Source of the DNA: Promethearchaeota archaeon
GTDB lineage: Archaea; Asgardarchaeota; Lokiarchaeia; Sigyniarchaeales; SOKP01
NCBI GenBank assembly: GCA_019894975.1
Contig: JAGXNO010000021.1
Location: forward strand, 1-59,860
Reading direction: 5' to 3'
Length of the DNA: 59,860 bases
Below, one piece after another: positions 52,606 to 59,860 of the stretch. Every line of letters begins with the position of its first letter. Positions within the stretch are counted from its first letter, which is position 1. Made by a program: the position numbers and the translations under genes. The notes under the pieces are model-generated. The model ran no database searches and was not told the origin of the DNA. It saw only the letters and a list, made by a program, of their open reading frames with translations.

Positions 52606-52706
52606 TGGCCCGGGGGGGATTTGAACCCTCGATTTCCATTGTGAAACACGATTTCACATTTCTGGCTTCGCAAGCCAGCGCCCTATCCAAGCTGGACTAC
52701 CAGGCC
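52606..52706 (-). tRNA. tRNA-Arg(GCG) with a 26-nt intron at position 45/46 (52634-52659)
   Basis: Acceptor GGCCTGG/CCGGGCC-A, anticodon arm CTGGC-TTGCGAA-GCCAG, T-loop TTCAAAT; 75 nt after removing the intron; CCA not encoded. Confidence 0.92.
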
Positions 52707-52882
52707 AAATTTAGTATTTCTCGACAATTCTGTCGAAAAAATATTAACTAAATTTCCAAAATTTTCTCTATACTTAATTTTTAATTATTAACAATTCTCT
52801 AAAATACTTATGTAATCGTTCTTTATAGATATATATAATAAAAATTTGAAATATTATTGATTTTTCTATAATTTCAGAGCTT

Positions 52883-54643
52883 ATGGAAGAAAAAGAGATT
52901 AAAAAAATCCTTTGGATTAGTGGGTTAAAAAATGCTTTAGAATTTGGAGGTGTACCAAATAAAAAAGCAATGATGGGAAAATTAATGGCTGAGAGAAAAG
53001 ATCTTCGGCCTCATGCTAAGGAAATTATACCCATATTAGATGAAATAATAGAAGAAATAAAAAATCTAAATCCTGAAGAACAAAAAAGAAAACTTTTAGA
53101 ACTTGATCCAAAAGCATTAGACAAAAAAGAAGGAAAAGCAGAAGAAAAATTATTGCCTCCTTTACCTGAAATAGAAAAATATAAAAAAATAGTAATGCGT
53201 CTTGCACCTTACCCTAGTGGCGCACTTCATATTGGAAATGCTCGAATGATTGTTTTAAATGATGAATATGTCAAAAAATACAATGGGGAGCTGATACTCT
53301 TCTATGATGATACAATTGGAAGTCCAATGGTACTAAGGGAGAGTCCAAGAGCGAAGTATGTTTTACCAGAAGCTTATGATTTGATAAAGGAGGGACTAGA
53401 ATGGTTGGGAGTAAAATATTCCAAGATTCTGTATAAGAGTGATCGTCTAGATATTTTTTATGAATATTGTGCGAAATTAATCAAAGATCATATAGCATAT
53501 GTGTGTTTTTGCTCCGCTGTTGATTTTAGGGAAAAATATAAAGAACAAGGAATGAGTTGCCCACACCGAGAGCACACAATCGAAAAAAACTTAAATGAAT
53601 GGAATGCAATGCTCAATAAGGCTTATCATGAGGGAGAAGCAGTAGTAAGACTAAAAACTGGAATGGATCAGAAAGATCCTGCTCTAAGAGATCAAATCAT
53701 TATGAGAATATCAGAAGCAAAACATCCTAGAGTTGGAGAGAAATATATCATATGGCCAATGCTAGAATTCTCATGGGCTATAGACGACTATTTAATTGGA
53801 GCCTCCCATATAATTAGAGGTATAGATTTGGTTAAAGAGGGAATCATTGAAGAATTTGTATGGGATCATTTTGGTTGGAAAAAAGCAAAACTGCTGTATT
53901 ATGGACGATTAAGATTCCCAGGATTGAAATTAAGTAAAACTGAAGCTCGTAACAAAATTCAAAGTGGAGAATATACAGGATGGGAAGATCCCAGGACATG
54001 GAGTATGCAATCTCTCAAGAAAAGAGGAATAAGGGCAGCAGCATTAAGAGAATCTTTATTGGATCTGGGAATGTCTCAAACGGGCATAAATTTTTCAGTA
54101 AATTGGTTGTATTCCAAAAATCAGAATATCATAGATAAAATATCTGATAGATATTTTTATGTTGAGGATCCAATTACAGTCGTAGTTGATAATGTTCCTT
54201 CTGATGAATACATAGCCGAACCATTATTACATCCTTCAAATCCAAAAAGGGGGAAGAGGAAAATTCGATGTGTTGCAAAAAATCATCAATTAACCTTGGT
54301 AATATCCTTTTCAGATGCAGAGAAATTAAAAACCAATCAAATTCTTCGCTTCAAAGATTTAGTAAACATTAAAATCAATTCGGTTGATCTCAATAAAAAA
54401 TTAATTCAAAGTTCTTTTCATAGTAAGGAGCTGGATAGGCAATTTTCAATAATTCACTGGCTCCCTAAAGATGAGAATATCAAAGTTATACTTGTTAACC
54501 CTGATGGTACCACATCAAATGGTTTAGGAGAATTAAATCTTTTACAAATTCCTATGGATCAAACAATACAATTTGAGCGTTTTGGTTTTGTTAATCCCAT
54601 TGAATTAAAAGAGAATTGTCTTTTCTGTTATTTTTCTCATTAA
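52883..54643 (+). CDS. gltX: Glutamyl-tRNA synthetase, archaeal type
   Basis: RLAPYPSGALHIGN (HIGH), HIIRG, LSKT, GWEDPR and QFERFGF. Confidence 0.95.
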   Translation: MEEKEIKKILWISGLKNALEFGGVPNKKAMMGKLMAERKDLRPHAKEIIPILDEIIEEIKNLNPEEQKRKLLELDPKALDKKEGKAEEKLLPPLPEIEKYKKIVMRLAPYPSGALHIGNARMIVLNDEYVKKYNGELILFYDDTIGSPMVLRESPRAKYVLPEAYDLIKEGLEWLGVKYSKILYKSDRLDIFYEYCAKLIKDHIAYVCFCSAVDFREKYKEQGMSCPHREHTIEKNLNEWNAMLNKAYHEGEAVVRLKTGMDQKDPALRDQIIMRISEAKHPRVGEKYIIWPMLEFSWAIDDYLIGASHIIRGIDLVKEGIIEEFVWDHFGWKKAKLLYYGRLRFPGLKLSKTEARNKIQSGEYTGWEDPRTWSMQSLKKRGIRAAALRESLLDLGMSQTGINFSVNWLYSKNQNIIDKISDRYFYVEDPITVVVDNVPSDEYIAEPLLHPSNPKRGKRKIRCVAKNHQLTLVISFSDAEKLKTNQILRFKDLVNIKINSVDLNKKLIQSSFHSKELDRQFSIIHWLPKDENIKVILVNPDGTTSNGLGELNLLQIPMDQTIQFERFGFVNPIELKENCLFCYFSH

Positions 54644-54790
54644 ATCTTTCTAATTTTACTTTCCAAATAATACATCAAAATATTATGATATTATGCAATT
54701 ATATGATAAAATTTTAAAAATCAAGAATAAATTTATAATGGTATAAGAATAATATTGCAATAAATTTCATAATTATATAGGACACTAATA

Positions 54791-56695
54791 TTGATATCTC
54801 ATCTCCCTTGTAAAAAGTGTGGTTCCTCTTTATCCTTAGTGAAGGGTTCAGTTGTTCAGTGTCCTTATTGTAGAGCAGAAAACTTATATATGGAATCTTT
54901 CTATACCTTAAAATATTACATGTCTGATATACTGAAGCTCTCCTCATTAAGGAAAGAGAAAAAGGTTGATAAAAAAGAGATAGTAAGAAGAAAAATATTT
55001 ATCGAGACGTATTTTACAAACCTTAGGTCAAACTTTAAGGAATATAGACATTTAATAATAACCAAGTTAGATTCAGTTAGTATCAATCCTGTAAAATTAT
55101 TTTATTTAATTCGAGCTGCAGGTAATTTAGAGCTTATCATTGATAGATTCCTCATTAGATACTTAGAGGAGGATAATTCCAAGCAAAAATATCTGGAATT
55201 TAGAGATAAGGCTTATATTATTAATAAATCACTATTGGGATTATATTATAGCTACTTAGCCAAAAATACAAATAGATATAACAGATCATTTAGATTTTAT
55301 CAGTACGCAGAGAAAAATTACCAGCACGTAGTAGATTATTGCAATATTGTTAATTTAAGCGATATCCAACCTCTTTTTTCTAAGATCGGTAAATTCTATT
55401 CTGTTTTAGTGAAATTCACTACAATTATTCGGAATATTTTAGATAAAAATCCAAAACTCTTTACAAATGAATTGGAAATCTTACTTAAAGAATTGGATCC
55501 TATCTATAAAAATGATATCCAAATCTATAATCTTTATAATCAAATTGTAAATATTGTTCAATTGGAACGAAACACGTGGATTTTGCTAGAAAATATTCGA
55601 GTAGACGATCCCTTCCAATCAACTGATTCTTTTTATGAAGCTAATTCAGAAATAGATGAGGAAAACCTTAATGAATTAAATCGAGTAAGAAATTGGATTA
55701 AAAACATTTCTGAAAAATATCAAGAATATCAGAATAGCCTTCTAAAATTACATTCTGGGAGAATTGTTAAATATTTAGGCTCTTATCGTGAAGAATTTAT
55801 CTCTTACAAGCAAAAAAATGCCGAGAAATTCGATTTTATTTTGGGAACAATGATTAACAATGCTTTAGAATCTTATAATAATGAAACTATTGAAGCATTA
55901 GAAACTCTGCGGCATCTTATGCAAAAAAATATTTTTAATAGAAATCTGCTTGATAAATTAAAAATTAGACATGATGAAATAATTGAGATGGATGATGTAC
56001 TACAAAAATTTGCTACTAATTTATTCAAAAAACCATTACTTAGAAATCTAGAATCAGAATATTATAAAAAATTGATTTCTATTATTTCTGGTAAACATAG
56101 TGAGTTTGATAGACATATCTTAAAATATATTAATCAAATGTTAAAAGATTTCGAAGAAGTAAGAACAAAAAGTGATTTATCTCTTGTTGAACAGCGGAAG
56201 CAATTTATCTCCCAAATTAAGCCTAACCTTCAAAAATTAATCGATTTAAGCTTTACATTAAATGAAGAAATCCTTCCTTATCCTCTTTTTATTGATGTTA
56301 TAATTCCCAGTCGAAAATTTAAAGTTAATAATCCTGGAGTTCTAACATTATTGATTGAAAACCCAAATATAACTGATATTAAGAATATAAGGATTCATTT
56401 CATAATACCTGATTCTGTCCAAAATAAATTGAAATTTACGAGTATTAAAAAACTTAAAGCTAATGAGACAAGAAAAATCAAAATTAGAATTAACCCTAAA
56501 GAAAAAGGCACTTATTCTTCAATGGTAATGATAGAATACCAACATATTAATAAGACCTTTTGGATGCCTTCAATCAAATTCAAATTAGAAGTTGAGGAGA
56601 TTAAGAAATTTATTCATTATCCAATATACTCTAGAGAAGAATATTATCAAGTAAATGCAAGTAACATATTCAAATTTGTTAGAGATAAGGCATAA
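54791..56695 (+). CDS. Hypothetical protein: N-terminal Zn ribbon, helical core, C-terminal Ig-like domain
   Basis: CKKCG..CPYC; beta-rich C-terminus (LLIENP..KLKANETRKIKIRINPKEKGTY). Confidence 0.6.
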   Translation: MISHLPCKKCGSSLSLVKGSVVQCPYCRAENLYMESFYTLKYYMSDILKLSSLRKEKKVDKKEIVRRKIFIETYFTNLRSNFKEYRHLIITKLDSVSINPVKLFYLIRAAGNLELIIDRFLIRYLEEDNSKQKYLEFRDKAYIINKSLLGLYYSYLAKNTNRYNRSFRFYQYAEKNYQHVVDYCNIVNLSDIQPLFSKIGKFYSVLVKFTTIIRNILDKNPKLFTNELEILLKELDPIYKNDIQIYNLYNQIVNIVQLERNTWILLENIRVDDPFQSTDSFYEANSEIDEENLNELNRVRNWIKNISEKYQEYQNSLLKLHSGRIVKYLGSYREEFISYKQKNAEKFDFILGTMINNALESYNNETIEALETLRHLMQKNIFNRNLLDKLKIRHDEIIEMDDVLQKFATNLFKKPLLRNLESEYYKKLISIISGKHSEFDRHILKYINQMLKDFEEVRTKSDLSLVEQRKQFISQIKPNLQKLIDLSFTLNEEILPYPLFIDVIIPSRKFKVNNPGVLTLLIENPNITDIKNIRIHFIIPDSVQNKLKFTSIKKLKANETRKIKIRINPKEKGTYSSMVMIEYQHINKTFWMPSIKFKLEVEEIKKFIHYPIYSREEYYQVNASNIFKFVRDKA

Positions 56696-56764
56696 TTAAT
56701 GTAGATTTGTATTGTAGTCAATAATTTTAAATGTAAAGCTTTTTGTATTTAAAAATCTTTTTTT

Positions 56765-57871
56765 ATGTTAGTTATGGATAATAAAGAACTTCATAATAAA
56801 GATAAGAAACAAGAATCTCCTGAATCAGATTGGATGTTTTGCCCTATTTGTGGACACAACCTACCAAAAGTTCAAAAACTTAAGTTTTGTACTAAGTGTG
56901 GTACAAATATTGAATATATTAAAGAAAATAAAAGGTTACCATCTTCCCAAAACGTAAATCCATATAAATCTCAAATATCACCTCGTCAGTATCAACCACC
57001 TCTTATTTCTTATGGTCCTCCTAAAATTTCAGATAAAGAATTAGTTGATAATAAGGAGCATAAATTGTGGGGAACATTCCATTCCATTGGAATATCTTTG
57101 CTTGCATTCCTATTTATGAATATAATACTTGGAGGATTCTTGGCTTTTGTATCCTTTATTACTTTAGATATAGAAATTATTTATGATCTAATATCTAATC
57201 CTTATTTCATCTCTCTTATTTCACTTTTTGAACTAATTTTTATAATTGTTCCTGTTATTTATGTTAAAAGGTATCTCGAGAATCCAAGTTTTAAAAATAA
57301 TTTAATTTTATTAGGATTTACAACAAGAGGATATGACCGAAGAAACCTAATTAAAGAAGTTCTAATAGGATTGAGTTTTGCTGTGATTGGAGTATTGTTA
57401 GTTACTTCTGTATCAATTTTATTAGAATTAATAATAGAAAATATTTTTAACGTTGATATTATTCAAGATTCCAGCGAATTAACTGATGTAGGTTTACCTA
57501 TTGATATACCTAGCTTAATAGTTTTTGTTATAATCATGATATTAGTCATTGGAACTTCTGAAGAAATACTATTTAGAGGATTTATGCAGAAAGGATTAGT
57601 CAGGAGTTTAGGTAATAAATGGGGAATAATTATTACTGCTTTCATATTCTCAATGATTCATCTAATTGGTATTCTCTTTTTGGCCCTCGAATCACCAATA
57701 GTTTTCATAGTTTCCTTTATTCTAACATTCTTACCCTATTTTGCAATTTCATTGATGCTTGGATTTTTATTTCATTGGAGGAATGAAAATTTAATAGCAG
57801 TAGTTATAATGCACGGAGTTTATGATGCAATAACAATTATTTTAGCTTATTTAATATATGTGGCATTTTAA
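56765..57871 (+). CDS. CPBP/Abi (CAAX protease II) intramembrane metalloprotease with N-terminal double zinc ribbon
   Basis: EEILFRG, FSMIH, HGVYD; CPICG/CTKCG. Confidence 0.88.
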   Translation: MLVMDNKELHNKDKKQESPESDWMFCPICGHNLPKVQKLKFCTKCGTNIEYIKENKRLPSSQNVNPYKSQISPRQYQPPLISYGPPKISDKELVDNKEHKLWGTFHSIGISLLAFLFMNIILGGFLAFVSFITLDIEIIYDLISNPYFISLISLFELIFIIVPVIYVKRYLENPSFKNNLILLGFTTRGYDRRNLIKEVLIGLSFAVIGVLLVTSVSILLELIIENIFNVDIIQDSSELTDVGLPIDIPSLIVFVIIMILVIGTSEEILFRGFMQKGLVRSLGNKWGIIITAFIFSMIHLIGILFLALESPIVFIVSFILTFLPYFAISLMLGFLFHWRNENLIAVVIMHGVYDAITIILAYLIYVAF

Positions 57872-57904
57872 TAGATTCTATAATTTTATTAGAACATTAA
57901 TCTT

Positions 57905-58759
57905 ATGACAATTTTAAATAAATTCAAGGTTATGGCAAAAGAAAAAAGTACTAACATAGGAATAGGTCTCGGACAATCGGATCATCAAAATGAATGCATT
58001 TTATTAGCAATCACCAACTTTTTGCGAGAAAACTCATCAATAATTTATATTTTTGGTACTACAGAATCTTTAAGTCATATAAATTCTCTAATCGATCCAA
58101 ATTATAAATCTAGGATAATAATTAATGAATCTGCAAATCCTGAAGAGGATATATTTGAGTGCCTTTTAAGTAAGAAAATCGATGGTGTTATTAGAGGCTC
58201 ATTAAGTTCAAATAAATTTTTAATGGAATTAAGGAAATCTCTCGATCCCAAAACCATTAATCGATTAGCACTTCTTGAAACTGTAAATGGGGATCAGTTT
58301 TTTTATGGACCAGTTGGTGTCGATGAGTGTAATAATTTGGGAGAAAAAATTGAATTTATAGTAAACTCAATAAAGCAATTGAAATTTCTTAATATCACTC
58401 CTAATATTAGTGTTTTAAGTGGTGGTCGAAAAGGAGATGTGGGAAGAAATAAAGAGGTCGATATCTCCATTCAGAATGCAGAAAATACTGTATTAGAAAT
58501 GAAAAAACTATATCCTGGTTTAGCTATCCACCATGATGAAATTTTAATTGAGAACGCAATTAAAAATAAATCTAATCTAATTATTGCTCCAAATGGAATT
58601 TCAGGGAATTTAATCTATAGGACATTGGTTCACTTGGGTGGGGGAAAAGCGTTTGGTGCAATCTATATGAACTTAGAACATGTCATTATTGATACCTCAA
58701 GAGTAGGTGAAAAAAGTGAAATTCAAGGTGCTCTTCTCTTGGCACTAGCTTTATCTTAA
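57905..58759 (+). CDS. MtxX/Mmp4-like methanogenesis marker protein
   Basis: IRGSL, PVGVDE, LSGGRKGDVGR, EILIENA, GISGNLIYR and DTSR. Confidence 0.8.
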   Translation: MTILNKFKVMAKEKSTNIGIGLGQSDHQNECILLAITNFLRENSSIIYIFGTTESLSHINSLIDPNYKSRIIINESANPEEDIFECLLSKKIDGVIRGSLSSNKFLMELRKSLDPKTINRLALLETVNGDQFFYGPVGVDECNNLGEKIEFIVNSIKQLKFLNITPNISVLSGGRKGDVGRNKEVDISIQNAENTVLEMKKLYPGLAIHHDEILIENAIKNKSNLIIAPNGISGNLIYRTLVHLGGGKAFGAIYMNLEHVIIDTSRVGEKSEIQGALLLALALS

Positions 58760-58900
58760 AAATTTAAATATTACTTTACAGTTTGTTTTGACTAATTATA
58801 TAGAGGGTCTGTTCCCAAACCTATTTCACTAACATTTAAACCCGTATTCCCTAAATACCTATAATTTATTTAATATTCTCCGAATGTCTGATGTTAGAAC

Positions 58901-59467
58901 TTACTTCTTCATCATTTCAAATAAATTCACAGATGTATCAATTAAATCTCTACTTGTTTTTCCATTTTTTATCATATCTTCAATCCATAACTGAACTTCC
59001 TTCTTTTTTCCCTTAGCAATTGCTTGTAAATTTTTTAGGTTAGTATTTTGGTATCTTTTACTTAGGAATCCAAGATAAATTGGAGCTGGAGGTGTGAATG
59101 CAGACTCTTGTGGGGTTGGAGGTGCTGTGCAAATACCTTTATTTGCATCAAAACTCTCACAATTAGCACAATTTTCTACTCCTTTCTCTTTAGCGCATTG
59201 ATTGATGCTACAATGCATACTACTTGCACACCCGGGGCATGGGGGGAAACCTTCTAATTCCTTTAACATATTTTTAAAAGTTGTAATGTTTTCCTCATTG
59301 AAGCTTGATTTTGGATTCATCATGGATATAATTCCACTAAACATCGGATCTTTTAGTACTTTTAAAAAATACTTAGCACTATCTTGAAGGTTTGTTGTAT
59401 TTGAATCACATAGGTCACAACTCAACCCACAAGTGGTTATTTTATATTTATCGACCATTTCGCTCAT
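58901..59467 (-). CDS. DUF3795-like Cys-rich protein
   Basis: CGLSCDLC..CPGC..CSINQCAKEKG..CANC. Confidence 0.75.
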   Translation of the reverse strand: MSEMVDKYKITTCGLSCDLCDSNTTNLQDSAKYFLKVLKDPMFSGIISMMNPKSSFNEENITTFKNMLKELEGFPPCPGCASSMHCSINQCAKEKGVENCANCESFDANKGICTAPPTPQESAFTPPAPIYLGFLSKRYQNTNLKNLQAIAKGKKKEVQLWIEDMIKNGKTSRDLIDTSVNLFEMMKK

Positions 59468-59617
59468 TCTATTTTGATATTATTTAATAATAATACATTA
59501 TATATTATTCAATTCATAAATACCTCTGATATATTTAAGGTTAAGAGGGTATAGATCTTGAAATTTATCAATTTTTCCATCATGAAAAAATAAAAGAAAA
59601 GAATTAATAAATTTAAC

Positions 59618-59860
59618 TTACGTTAGAGCTCCTAAAAACATTGCCAATAATACGACTATACCTCCGATTAAAACAGCCAAAACTATCAGAGCAATCCCTA
59701 AAATACCTAAAAAAACGGGAGTATAATGAATAGGTCTAATAGCTAAAAAAATAACTAATACTGCAAAAAGTAATCCCAGAACTCCACTTAGCACACCAAA
59801 TCCATACGGCATTAAACCTGACCCTATTAATTCTAATATCGATTCAATAACGGCAATAAC
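59618..59860 (-). CDS. Membrane protein, C-terminal part; start lies outside the window
   Basis: Hydrophobic frame open to the window end. Confidence 0.6.
   Translation of the reverse strand, partial: VIAVIESILELIGSGLMPYGFGVLSGVLGLLFAVLVIFLAIRPIHYTPVFLGILGIALIVLAVLIGGIVVLLAMFLGALT

Noticed and set aside
4165-57645. Many short antisense or overlapping track ORFs (e.g. 4165, 5009, 6118, 6703, 11133, 12945, 28004, 46135, 52332)
   Set aside because: They are shadows of well-supported genes on the opposite strand or frame
1-59860. CRISPR arrays, transposases, integrases and rRNA
   Set aside because: No repeat-spacer arrays, mobile-element motifs or rRNA signatures were seen

Overview
AT-rich archaeal DNA. 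Gene content (eL38, eL40, thermosome, archaeal ThrRS/AspRS/GluRS, Rab-like GTPase, JAMM/MPN protein, longin-like proteins, MtxX, MfnD-like ATP-grasp) points to an Asgard archaeon, most likely Lokiarchaeia; this placement is an inference. Most genes are housekeeping or metabolic. Two features stand out. (1) A Rab-like small GTPase gene (25183-25739, +) is split in its G3 motif by a 32-nt intron. The intron forms a canonical bulge-helix-bulge (BHB) motif whose predicted cut sites exactly restore WDIGGQ, suggesting a tRNA-endonuclease-type mRNA intron in a eukaryotic signature gene. (2) A ~514-nt highly structured non-coding RNA (9177-9690, -) has a 9-bp terminal stem, a TATA box, a U-rich terminator and motifs recalling bacterial OLE RNA. 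The window also holds a tRNA-Arg(GCG) with a non-canonical variable-loop intron, an orphan CheR-coiled coil-CheD fusion broken by one TAA, several probable ATT/ATC starts, and a decayed region at 38.8-39.7 kb. Family assignments are by eye from motifs; no database searches were run.
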